From Eledone cirrhosa (taxonomy: Eukaryota), in NCBI GenBank assembly GCA_964016885.1, contig OZ024740.1:14074001-14138000 (forward strand): a stretch of 64,000 nucleotides of DNA, written 5' to 3'. Position 1 is the stretch's first letter, and the number at the start of each line of letters is the position of its first letter. The translations under genes and the position numbers were made by a program. The notes under the pieces were generated by a model, which did no database searches, had not been told where the DNA came from, and saw nothing but the letters and a program-made list of their open reading frames with translations. Positions 1 to 11,875 of this stretch are shown piece after piece.

Positions 1-1
1 T

Positions 2-145
2 AATAAATTTTGTAACCTCTGTCTACTAGAGACCCATACTATTATCTTCTCAAACCATAACCTCCTTAATAAAAAATCGGAAGTGTTCTCGTCATGCCAG
101 CACCGCTTCCGACACTCCTTCCAAAACTTTAAACCCAATATATAG
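2..145 (+). pseudogene. 3' end of a Naiad-type Penelope-like element ORF (C-terminus of GIY-YIG region), cut by the window edge
   Basis: Frame from base 2 reads NKFCNLCLLETHTIIFSNHNLLNKKSEVFSSCQHRFRHSFQNFKPNI*. It has the CxLCxxE...LLNKxSE...SCxH motif also seen at 10508-10714 and 55918-56083. Confidence 0.8.
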
Positions 146-1673
146 CAATGTCAGACTTGAACCCATCACCACTTCTAGCACTACACCTCAAGGGCACACC
201 TTACACCACAACCCCACACTCACTGATCCACCCTATCTTAACACAATTCGTTCCATCTATCTATAAACTTTTACCCTATAAATATCCCCATGTACACCTA
301 CTTTAAGTATAATTACTTTCAATTACTTAGACTGTATTATATTACTATATAATTATATGTAAACTTTAAACACCGAATTCATCAATGAATTATTTGTGCA
401 AATGTAGCTGTATGTTTGGAGTGCTATCATTAGATAAATAGAGAATTAATTTATTAACATAAGAGAGCTGTATAACCTATATGTTGAGTACAGTGAATTA
501 TGTACAAGTGGTACGTGAGTTATATATGCATGTATAACTTGATAGGTGGATTAATGACATTGTAAGTGAGAAATGTTTTTGGTCTACCCTAGAGATATTT
601 AGCTTTGCCATGCAGTCAACCATACGCTGACCCAGAGCTTACCAGGGGTTATATAGACGTGGTTCTAATAAGGCCCCTGACAAGTTCTGTGAGTAGACTA
701 CATTTACAAAGAACTTTGATATGAAGATCTGGCTCTTCGTATGGAATATTCAGTTGTAGCACTCTATGATAGGGAGTAATCATCCTAATATAGATACCTT
801 TAGTTCTTCATGATAGAGTAGACTCTAATTAAAGATAGGATACTTAAAATTGGAAACTGTATATAACCGGCTATATAAGGGACTCAATTGAGACACCTTT
901 TAATGTATGTTGGAATAATAAATTTAGTTATAGAAATCAGCTAGTTACCTCCCCTTACGCATTAACTCCCCTTAATCACACACATACTTCCGGATAATAA
1001 AACGATGTAAATTCTCGCAACAGAAACAACCTGCTCTATAAAATTGGATTAAAGAACACTGAGCCGCAACAAGCTATAATAATTTAACTTAATACATCAA
1101 ACATCCAATACGGAATCATCGTTAATTATGTGAAGGACATATAAACTATATATTACGTTTCCTGAATGTGAAAATGGTGGTGTATACAAAAACCATAACT
1201 TTATTTTGCTTCTCATTTATACTATTTTTCTGCACACGAGCTTCTTTCTCATATACAAAAAATACCTTACAACTACTACCTCCATAATACACTTGATTAC
1301 CCGCTTAAAGTGCTTGTATTACATGTAAAACCCTGCCGAACAATAATCATATATAAATAAGACACACGTGCATGCCCCACGTGTAACTAATGCATACAAT
1401 AACTACTACAACTGACTAACAAACTATCCTCTTGTATTATCTACGTTAACTGCCGATTGTATTTTAATTTTGTATTTTAATTTTGCATTGATGTTGCATT
1501 TTAATTTTAATTGTGCTTTGATTCTGTTTTAATGTGATTTTGTGTTTGAATTTAAATTGCCATTCAGAAATAATATAATATATGTCACCCCACTGTACAT
1601 CAATATATACATATGTATCTGTATGTCTGTTGCGTTGGAAAGGAGGTCATGTATGTGTACAAACATAGAAAAA

Positions 1674-1720
1674 TGCTCCGAAGACTCCAAGCCTCGGTTT
1701 GGATGAAACAATTGTAAGCA
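1674..1720 (+). ncRNA. Minimal type I hammerhead ribozyme motif (CCGAAGA core variant)
   Basis: TGCT-CCGAAGA-c-TCCAAGCC tc GGTTTGGA-t-GAA-ACAATTGT-A-AGCA, then AATAAA. Stem I TGCT/AGCA, stem II hairpin, palindromic stem III, GUA cleavage triplet. Confidence 0.7.
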
Positions 1721-2200
1721 AATAAATGCTTTGAACATAGCTTTGATTCCTGTGAATTCTATATAACTGCTCTGTAGAACAACTGATGTTATTACATTGA
1801 GCTATTTATGTTACTGGTAATAAGGTAATAAAAAATTACTGACTTTCACTGTTTAGGGTTTAAAATATATATAACTATAAAAAGTTTTAGTATATACATA
1901 ACCATAAATAGTATCCTTAATACTATATGTATAGTTTTGCGAGGTTTTTGATATGAAGAGAAGTATAAATAAATAAATAAATACACAAGCACAATAACAA
2001 TAAACACATATAAACACACACTAGTAAACTAAGATAGAATACAATAACCAATACACAGTCACCAAACACGAACACACATCAAACAAAACACTATACACAC
2101 ACGCAAACGCATGGGCAGAGAAGACAAAAAAATAAAATAAATCAACAGACTAAATAAAGATGACGTAGGCATACAATACAACGGGAGGAAACATAATAGC

Positions 2201-2242
2201 ACCACTGACGATGTTGCGGATGTGCAACGAAAGAACTTTGTT
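2201..2242 (+). ncRNA. Minimal hammerhead ribozyme motif in a PLE-type terminal repeat
   Basis: CTGACGA-t-GTTGC ggatgt GCAAC-GAAA-GAACT-T-TG. Same GAAAGAACTTTG and a similar downstream end (GACCCTCTCCAAGTATAACAATA, ~2420-2443) as the family at 49147-49729. Confidence 0.7.
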
Positions 2243-2436
2243 AGACTATATATATGTGTTTGTGTCTATATTGTATCTGTATTTTTGACGTTGGTCAGTC
2301 AATGATAACATTGAGGACCGAATAAATTAAATTAACCGATATAAAAGACACAGAAGCGAAAACCAACCAAAGAGTGAGTGTGTTCTGTTATTAATTATGG
2401 CAATATTATTACACAAATATGACCCTCTCCAAGTAT

Positions 2437-2513
<77 letters not shown>

Positions 2514-2645
2514 GGTTTGAAGGTTCACCACTGGATAGAGCTGGTCATTCCGTATGGTCAATCTTAAGGTAATAATATGGAGAGTACGCATCGTAAAGCA
2601 GTCTTCGTTTTTGTAGTTGGTGGTGCTAGTACGGAGTTAAATATT

Positions 2646-3060
2646 ATAATAAAATGACAGGAGGCTGGATTTGTGTAAATCCTTGAAAGGTTTATTATAC
2701 TATGATCATTTCAATGACCGGTTTCCGTATGAATCCGGTGATATCATCAGGTATTCGAAATATAATAAATGAATGTAATAGATAAAATCCATGGGGCTGA
2801 AAATCAAAGACAGGAGGACGACCGACCATCTAGCATCTTCCACTTTAGCCGGTCGCCCTAAACTGGAAGATGCTAGATGGTCGGTCGTCCTCCTGTCTTT
2901 GATTTTCAGCCCCATGGATTTTATCTATTACATTCATTTATTATATTTCGAATACCTGATGATATCACCGGATTCATACGGAACCCGGTCATTGAAATGA
3001 TCATAGTTTAATAAACCTTTCAAGGATTTACACAAGTCCAGCCTCCTGTCATTTTATTAT
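2646..3060. repeat. Near-perfect ~415-bp palindrome with a hammerhead-like motif in each arm
   Basis: Arms of ~200 bp are reverse complements (centre ~2853; mirrored ORFs 2706-2915 and 2791-3000). CTGATGA...GAAACCGGTC on - at 2713-2755; GAAC variant on + at 2951-2993. Confidence 0.9.
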
Positions 3061-3254
3061 ATATATATATAGTGCAAATGTATACTGGAACAAATCAGAG
3101 AGGCAGACAAATAAAGGTTTATTAGGTTCACGCTTTTGAGAGTGGACACACACACACATATTCATACATATTTATATCATACCCATATATATCATCAAAT
3201 TCACGCACACGCACGTATACACATCCACACACTTATCCCCCTTTCTCTCTCTCT

Positions 3255-3350
<96 letters not shown>

Positions 3351-3777
3351 ATATATATTTTTCATTCCTATCATGCTTATTTTTATATTCAAATTCTTAA
3401 TAAGGTTTAATTTGTGCAGTTGAAGATGGATGTGTATATTGTTGTATGTGTATATGTGTGTGTACGTGTGCGCACATATATACATATGCATATTGTATCT
3501 TTTGGTTTTTATTGTAATTTTAATGTTGGTAAAGGTATATTATATTATATTACATTGTATTATATATAATTCCTGCTCTATATAACCACCTTTGTTTAGC
3601 TCTAGTTTTTGCTTTGGACTATATTTGTAATATGGTTCTTAATGTTATATACATCCTTAGTAATTATTATCATATATTTTTATTATATATTTTTGTAATA
3701 CTTCAGTGTATGTACACTCCATATTCTTCGGAGCTTCCGGCTTGTATCTGCCGATATTACTTCTTGTTGTTTTAATT

Positions 3778-3815
3778 GCCCCGATGAGTCCTTAATAGGA
3801 CGAAACATTGTCGGC
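3778..3815 (+). ncRNA. Minimal type I hammerhead ribozyme motif (CCGATGA variant)
   Basis: GCC-CCGATGA-GTCC ttaata GGAC-GAAA-CATTGT-C-GGC, then AATAAA. Same family as 62502-62539 and 61091-61128. Confidence 0.75.
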
Positions 3816-3863
3816 TAATAAAGACTTTTGATGTATTGAAGGCTTCTTTGTTTTACTCTCTTA

Positions 3864-4062
<199 letters not shown>

Positions 4063-4176
4063 TAAGAGGAATTCCAAACTTTGTCTGATTTACTCGTTTT
4101 ATTTACAATCCTTTAAAATATATAATGGTATTATAATGAAATAGTATGATAGAATATTAAATTCTAAGTGTTAATT

Positions 4177-4213
4177 GAACAAGTACTTTCATGCTTTCGC
4201 AATCTTCAGGTTC
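4177..4213 (-). ncRNA. Minimal type I hammerhead ribozyme motif
   Basis: Reverse strand GAAC-CTGAAGA-t-TGC GAAA GCA-t-GAA-AGTACT-T-GTTC. The surrounding repeat (4059-4243) recurs inverted at 48353-48530. Confidence 0.75.
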
Positions 4214-4876
4214 ATAATATGTGGTGACAGTCGAGTTTGCAATTTTAAAATGAAAGGTATAGAAAACACTGCAGCGAAATGCGAACAGCATTCCATAATA
4301 TATATAATATATAAGTGACTATAGCGTCAAAATGGGAAAAATAGTTAACGTAAGATGTGGGGAAAATAATTTAAACTCATCTCAAAGAGAATCAGGATAT
4401 AAATTCATCCACAGAATTTAGTGAAATCCAGGGAAAAATCAATAGAGCCTTAACTCATGATAAAATAAAGTTCAAAATACTTATCCTTCAATTTGGAAAA
4501 ACTTCAAATGCTCTGTATAGTCTTAAAGACTATTTCATGAAAACTTTCAGTGGAGATGGTCACGGTTGGAATTCATCATCAGCAGAGCTCAACTCGATAA
4601 CCAGGATTCTCACAGATTAATATGCCGAAAAGGGAATTCTAAAGCTGGCCAGTTCAACATCATGCGTGATTATGAAAAACGCATATGAGGAAATACATGG
4701 CTATTGACGTCAGAATGAGACGAATCTTTGTTTACAAGAAACAGCAGTCAAAAACATTCCGAAAAAAACCCTCTACAGTAAGGAGTTCAGCAAAATGCAA
4801 TATTATCGCAGTTTTTTATTAAAAAAAACCCGGGATTAGTCACAAATAATTTTAGCACTCGAGGAAAAAATCCGAG

Positions 4877-5009
<133 letters not shown>

Positions 5010-5019
5010 GAAAAAGTTT

Positions 5020-5124
5020 GTCCTCATCAGTGGCCATCCAACCGTCGTAGGCATTTCGTCGCATTAAAGGCCATATACCTCAGGTTGGTGCGAGCAACGG
5101 CTAAAAAAAAAAAGTCGTTGGGAC
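5020..5124 (-). ncRNA. Putative non-circularly permuted, pseudoknotted hammerhead ribozyme (minus-arm copy)
   Basis: Near-exact reverse complement of 6223-6328. Confidence 0.6.
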
Positions 5125-6222
5125 ACGTAAATAAAGGGGACGCTAGGGTAAACAAACAAAATGGTTTAAGCAGCAGAAAGAGAGGAAGAAGGAAACAAGT
5201 CCCAGATTTCTATGAATATAAATTCGGTGGAATCGTGAACGAGAGAATAAAGACCATCAAACCTGGTTGAAATGTGAGCAAGGAAGGAATTTCGCACAGG
5301 TCTAACGGGAGGAAGAAGGGGTCTGGTCTGCGAATTCGGTAAACATAAGTTCTGTGAAGTCGCGGACGAGAGAGAGAGAGAAAAAAAATTCATACCGGCT
5401 TGGTCAAGTGCCCGCGAGAATAGGATTGTGGACAGGTCAAACGGGAAGAAAGGGGAGGAGGAGAGGTAGTGACAGAGAGTGAGTGAGTGAAAGGTGAGGA
5501 AGAGGCTAACAGAGAGAGACTGCTAGAAAGGGTAAAGACACAAAGAACGAAACAGACTGGTGGCAGCGGAGGAAAAAATATATGTGTAAATATGATAATA
5601 ATGGAGCTGCGGCGCTGCAAATGGGTTACATATGAAAAAGTTTGTCCTCATCAGTGGCCATCCAACCGTCGTAGGCATTTCGTCGCATTAAAGGCCAGGA
5701 CAAACTTTTTCATATGTAACCCATTTGCAGCACCGCAGCTCCATTATTATCATATTTACACATATATTTTTTCCTCCGCTGCCACCAGTCTGTTTCGTTC
5801 TTTGTGTCTTTACCCTTTCTAGCAGTCTCTCTCTGTTAGCCTCTTCCTCACCTTTCACTCACTCACTCTCTGTCACTACCTCTCCTCCTCCCCTTTCTTC
5901 CCGTTTGACCTGTCCGTAATCTTTTTCTCGCGGGCACTTGGCCAAGCCGGCACGAATTTTTTTTCTCTCTCTCTCTCTCGTCTGCGATTTCACAGAACTT
6001 ATGTTTACCGAATTCGCAGACCAGACCCCTTCTTCCTCCCGTTAGACCTGTGCGAAATTCCTTCCTTGCTCACATTTCAACCAGGTTTGATGGTCTTTAT
6101 TCTCTCGTTCACGATTCCACCGAATTTATATTCATAGAAATCTGGGACTTGTTTCCTTCTTCCTATCTTTCTGCTGCTTAAACCATTTTGTTTGTTTACC
6201 CTAGCGTCCCCTTTATTTACGT

Positions 6223-6328
6223 GTCCCAACGACTTTTTTTTTTTTAGCCGTTGCTCGCACCAACCTGAGGTATATGGCCTTTAATGCGACGAAATGCCTA
6301 CCACGGTTGGATGGCCACTGATGAGGAC
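6223..6328 (+). ncRNA. Putative non-circularly permuted, pseudoknotted hammerhead ribozyme
   Basis: GTCC...TCGCA CCAACC tga GGTAT-A-TGGCC tttaa TGCGA-C-GAA-ATGCC taccac GGTTGG at GGCCA-CTGATGA-GGAC. All three HHR core strands and their helices are present, but the GAAA strand lies between the two stem I strands. Confidence 0.6.
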
Positions 6329-6373
6329 AAACTTTTTCATATGTAACCCATTTGCAGCGCCGCAGCTTCATTA

Positions 6374-6456
<83 letters not shown>

Positions 6457-6461
<5 letters not shown>

Positions 6462-8542
6462 GAAGATGGGTATTGTTTGGTGTTCCGAACTTGCATGCTA
6501 CACCGTTCCTCCAATTTTCATGAAACCTCACACATATATAAAACTCAACGCGTAGAGTGGAATAGGCTACTTGATATTTTCGAAAAATCGATAATCGGGC
6601 CCTATGACAGAATGTTTTTCGATTCCAATGAAATTTTATGTGAATTCGAACACAAGAACTCTTAGTTTACATCTGGCGCAATAAAAATAAATTTCATATG
6701 CCCATATAAGGACGTGCGTTATTGATTGGACGGCCAGCTGTCTCAGTAAACGACCGACCATTAAAGAGTTTATCTTTTCATATTCCACCTTATTCAAGTG
6801 GAAATACAGTATTATCCCTATCTGAAAAGGGAACCAAATTTAATGGTGTCTTTTGTGATGCTAAAAGCTGTGAGTAAATTTTCAAACAGTCTTAAATAAT
6901 CATGCTTTTTGAAAAAAAAAATTACTAAATAATACGTTGACCAAGTTGTATTGTACACATACAAAGTTGTAAAAAATGTTACGTCCGTATCCAATGTTTT
7001 CCTTTTTTAAACAAAAGGTTCTAAAAAATTACTTAATTTATAATACTACTGTTACAGTCTTTTGAACAGGAAGTGAGTAACCTTTCGGGTGTTTAAACGT
7101 AAGTTCACCAGGGTTTGTGTCTTCATTATTAGCCCACCTCTAATGGCATTTTTTGTTCTGCTTACGACTAAATGTTATGAACGTATTTGCAATTAATTGC
7201 GCACACGTGCACAGGTCATAAACAACCAAACCGCATGTCTATTTAAATTAATGGTCAAAATGTTCAGCAAAACAATTATACCAATTCTTCCCCTTCACCT
7301 CCAAGGCCTAGCCATTATATCTTATAGGTCGGGATTCGCAATTTCTACGATTTCAATATTGACACAACAATCCGTCAGGTTTTTCGGCACATTTTGCTCC
7401 GATAGGAATATCAACATGATTTTCACTTAATTCGTAAGTGTTCAATCTTCCGCATGCTTTTATTTTTTTATACAACACCGACTACAATCACCTAACTTCA
7501 CTTTGTAGGGTAGACGCGAATCACAAGGGAAACAATCCTGTGATATACAACACCACCAAATTCTTTCGTTTACCTAGATTTCAATGGCTATATCCTTTGC
7601 TTTTGTACGGTTGTACATTTGACAATGTCGCAAAACATTATTCCACTTGATTCTTACCGTTCAGCTATGAATTGAGCAGTGCCTTAAAATCCCGTTTTAT
7701 TTGCGTGCAATTTTTTTGTATCTTATGTATGGAGAATCGAAAATCCTTTTTCTCATAACCTGATACATGCGTTACACATGCTCCATGGATGTTTGTGGAC
7801 TATTTTTTCAAAATACCAATATCACAGATTGGAGCACAAAAGGAAACGTTTGTTCTTCATTTATTTAAATCCAGCGCTTATAAACCCGTGTGTATCCGGG
7901 TACACTAGCTAGAAAGAGAAATGGAAACATTGATTCCTCGGTCCGATTTGACGAAAGTAGATTTAGTTCCACAGCAAATTAAAAAACCATCAACTTTTTT
8001 TCACCTATAGCAAATTTACCGGGACAGGTTTTTAGCTACTCAAATCTACTTCAGAGATCACGCATTGATGTAAAAAATCAATAAAACTGAAGCGGGGCTC
8101 GACTTTGCGCAAAAAAACAAGGCAAAGTTACACATGGGAAAACTTTTTACAGGAACGTCCGATATTCTTGAAAACTGTCACAAAAGACTCGCCATTATGC
8201 CGCGGTTAAGATAAAGGCCCTTTTAATTCTTCTTCTGCACATGTGAGCGCAAAAATTGTAAAAAAGAAAAAACCCTGTAAAAAATCGACATTTTCACCCA
8301 GCTTTAAATTAACTGAACATTCAATATCAAGCGATTTTGACTTCCGTCAGTCGTGCAGAGAACAATTTCAACGATACACTGTGTAACTACAATTAATAAA
8401 TTACATACCTGCGTCTACTAACCTATTTTTATTTCATTGAAGTTCGAAGTTTTGAACCTGTGATGCGCGGGAAGTAACTTTGACACATTCTAACAGACCA
8501 AAGGTCGACTTACACCCGGGCAACGCCGGGTACTTCTGCTAG

Positions 8543-8543
<1 letters not shown>
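6457..8543 (-). mobile_element. Helitron/Helentron-like non-autonomous element(s), probably composite
   Basis: The - strand begins ACTAGCAGAAGTACCCGGCGTTGCCCGGG (subterminal hairpin, 8515-8543), with a decayed second copy at ~7883-7912. It ends CATCTTCACTTTATATA. Both ends resemble those of 63012-63900. Inserted between TA tracts. Confidence 0.45.
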
Positions 8544-8583
<40 letters not shown>

Positions 8584-8585
8584 TT

Positions 8586-8668
<83 letters not shown>

Positions 8669-8731
8669 CACACACAAACACACACACACACACACAAATA
8701 TATATATATACATATATACATATATATATAC

Positions 8732-8784
<53 letters not shown>

Positions 8785-8864
8785 CTCTACGGTTCTTATA
8801 TATTTGATGTATATTTATCCTTATCGAGGCCTCTTTGGATTTTAGTCTTCAAATTAATTATTAT

Positions 8865-8910
<46 letters not shown>

Positions 8911-9006
8911 GCTGATCGAATAACCATGTTACTTGTTTTCTTCACATCTTCGGTTTGCCTTTCCTTCTGTTGTTTACTTGTCTCACTCGCTTTACGCGTT
9001 TCACTT

Positions 9007-9108
9007 GTCCCAATAGCTTATTTTAGTTATTGCTCGCACCAACCTGAGGTATCTGATTTTTAATGCGATGAAATACCAATGATCGTTGGCAAATCACTGA
9101 TGAGGGAC
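9007..9108 (+). ncRNA. Diverged copy of the permuted hammerhead-like motif
   Basis: GTCCC...TCGCA CCAACC tga GGTAT-C-TGATTT ttaa TGCGA-T-GAA-ATACC aatgatc GTTGG c AAATCA-CTGATGA-GGGAC. Stem I covaries relative to 6223-6328. Confidence 0.6.
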
Positions 9109-9163
9109 TAATTTTATAATATGTAATCCATGTGCAACCATGCAGTATTCTCCTTCCCATATT

Positions 9164-9237
<74 letters not shown>

Positions 9238-9244
9238 ATATATG

Positions 9245-9339
<95 letters not shown>

Positions 9340-9593
9340 GTTATTCCGGGTTGAATCGGAGGTAACCAGAGTTCTAGTCCTGTAGAATCTCATCTATATA
9401 TATATATATATATATATATAATCTCCTTTTGTTTTGATTCGGTCGAGGTTCCACTCTTGTTGCAGACACTACTGAGGCGCAGAATATCCAACACTTTTTA
9501 CTCAACGAAATAAACAAAACCTTTTATATTTTGGCTGTTTTTACATTTAACAAATTATCTCAACAATCTACTACTGGCGTCTAACTTATTATA

Positions 9594-9934
9594 TATGAGT
9601 GTCGGATGATAGATTCATAGGCTGACCAAGATACTCTCATAGAATGAGCAAATGATGTTTATGTTTCAACATAGTCCCTGGAAAGAAACAATGCAGTTAT
9701 CAATAAGTTGAAATTGATGCATGCAAGATTTCACAGCTCTAGCATCACTTCTCCATAGTCAGCCTATAACCAAGATACTCTCATGAAATCACCAAATGAG
9801 GTTTATCTTTCAAAATAGTCCCTGGAAAGAAATAATGCAGTTATTAATAAGAGTTGAAATTAATGCATGCAAGATTTCACAGCCCTAGCATCACTTTCAT
9901 ATTCAGCCTATGAACTTTACAACCCTCCTTCGTA
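9594..9934. mobile_element. Decayed Tc1/mariner-type MITE with internal ~140-bp tandem duplication
   Basis: Imperfect TIRs (TATGAG...TTCATAGGCTGA / TCAGCCTATGAA...TTCGTA) bounded by TA. CCAAGATACTCTCAT...CATCACTT occurs twice. Confidence 0.55.
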
Positions 9935-10067
9935 TTGGCTGTCTTCTTCTTGTCTTGCCTTGTTACAGCTCACACCTATGCAGGTTTAACTGGCCTCCTC
10001 CAAGGTATATCTCGTTGGCGGTGTCTTGGGTGATTTAATGATAGGGACCCCAGTCCTATCATCTACA

Positions 10068-10198
10068 GCTGAGTAAACTGGAGCAACGTGAAATAAAGTG
10101 TTTTGCCCAAGGAAACAACACATCACCTGGTCCGAGAATTGGACTCACAACCTTTCGATTGCAAGCCCAATGCCCTAACCACTAAGCCATGTGCCTTC
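10068..10198 (-). mobile_element. tRNA-derived SINE, 5' part
   Basis: The - strand shows a tRNA-like head (TGGCTTAGTGG A-box, decayed B-box) followed by CCTTGGGCAAAACACTTTATTTCACGTTGCTCCAGT. Homologous to 51630-51756. Confidence 0.7.
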
Positions 10199-10457
10199 GG
10201 GTTAGTTGACAAAAAAACCCATAACAGCTACACGGAAAAAGAAACAACAGAAAATACACCTATACTCATAAGAACATTAATAAAACAAGAGAAAGGAACC
10301 TTAAATCCTGACCGTATTTGTTTCTATATATTTTAATATAGACCTCTATTCTGCTTAAACACTGTCATAGTGCTACCTCCAGTTATATACAGCCAAATAC
10401 ACACTACATGCAAATGTCTTCTATTTGCTATATACATCCCCAGCAAATGATCATCAT

Positions 10458-11546
10458 CGTCACTCGACCTTAAATAGTGTTTACCTCTGATCAAATCATC
10501 GGAATTCTTGAGGACACAAACCAGGAATATGGGATTAGCTGGTCAAATTATCGGAAGGGCCTACAACAATGGAATGTCCCACTGCGGACTTTGCAATATG
10601 GAGCTGTTCCATATTTTAAAGTATTATAAAATGCTGCTTAACAGCAAAATAGAACGATCAATTTTCTGTAGGCACAAAGCACCTACTAAGTTCACAAACT
10701 TCAAACCAACATGATTCGATCCAGCAATCTCAGAATTCAAACAGAATCACCCGGATTTTAATGTATTGACTACATACCACCCACTGTTATTAGCTGTCAA
10801 CTGACCAACTGCTCACTAAATCAACAACATAAATCTCCTAACCTTTCTTTCACTCTCTCTCCCTAAAGCCACATCACCCAGACATTTACCACACCTATCA
10901 TCGTATCGCCACCCCTACTCTCTGTCTCCTGTCCTGTATCTCTTCCCCTCTCACTTAATTTTAAATTTATTATCTTTTATCTATCTTTTGTTACTATTTT
11001 TTTATTTTCTACTCTAACCATCTGAGATTTGACCACTACGTATGTATGTATCTAATGTTTCGTTTCATGTTAGTATTATCTCTACCCTCACCACATCTTT
11101 ACACATACACTTACTCACCACTGTAACTTTAATCACCACCACCACCACTATTATCAGCAATCGTATTCTGTACTTATTTTTACATCTTCACTCTAACTTC
11201 TTTACCTCTTTATTATTATCTTTTATTATTGATGTTATTGACGGTGGATTGGCCGTATCGGTAGAGGGTCGGACGCCATGCTTTCACGCATAGAGTTACG
11301 GCCCTTTCCATTCTGAGTTCAAATCCCGCCGAGGTTAACTTTGCCTTTCATCCTTACGGGGTCGATAAAATAAAGTACCAGTAATGCACTGGGTAATTAC
11401 TGGCCTTGTGCCAACAAGTAGAAACAATTATTGATGTTATTGTTTTGATTCTACGTTGTATCTATAAATACCAATGCCATATGTAAAACCTCCAGTATTC
11501 CGGTGATTTAATCAGAGGTAAACACTGTATTTAAGGTCGAGTGACG
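10458..11546 (+). mobile_element. 5'-truncated Naiad-type PLE: GIY-YIG C-terminal fragment (10507-10714), 3' UTR and short inverted terminal copy
   Basis: LEDTNQEYGISWS, then a frameshift, then IIGRAYNNGMSHCGLCNMELFHIL...LLNSKIE...CRHK...NFKPT*. 10458-10505 is the reverse complement of 11497-11546. Confidence 0.75.
11241..11428 (+). mobile_element. tRNA-derived SINE with 16-bp target-site duplication
   Basis: A-box-like TGGCCGTATCGG, B-box GAGTTCAAATCC, central GCCTTTCATCCTTACGGGGTCGATAAAATAAAGTACCAG. ATTATTGATGTTATTG on both sides. Confidence 0.85.
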
Positions 11547-11795
11547 CAACTTCGAGTGATTAGCGGCCTTTAGACTCACCTGATCAATGAAATAAAATCC
11601 TTTTTGTACAGCCGACCATGTTATTCTTTAATCTTTCACTATTATTTCCCAAGAATAACCTGCATGGGAATTCTCGCGAACTCGCTGCCTAACTAAGGAA
11701 ACCTCTTGTTGAGTCAAACAACGCCGTACGTTAAAACCACAATACGGAGTACTCACAACCTCTAACTGGATTACCTATAACGATAACTTGTTATC

Positions 11796-11875
<80 letters not shown>

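Noticed and set aside
660-900. Hammerhead in the 3' region of the first Naiad fragment (CTGACAA...)
   Set aside because: No properly placed GAAA or stems found.
6285-6328. Ordinary type II hammerhead reading of GAAA...CTGATGA
   Set aside because: No NUH triplet or stem I/III pairing exists between GAAA and CTGATGA; the partners lie upstream, which led to the permuted model.
10711-10760. SECIS element after the Naiad fragment stop (ATGA...AA)
   Set aside because: No complementary 3' arm for the upper stem and no GA quartet partner.
11241-11330. tRNA genes at the SINE heads
   Set aside because: A/B boxes only, no full cloverleaf; followed by a SINE body and TSDs.
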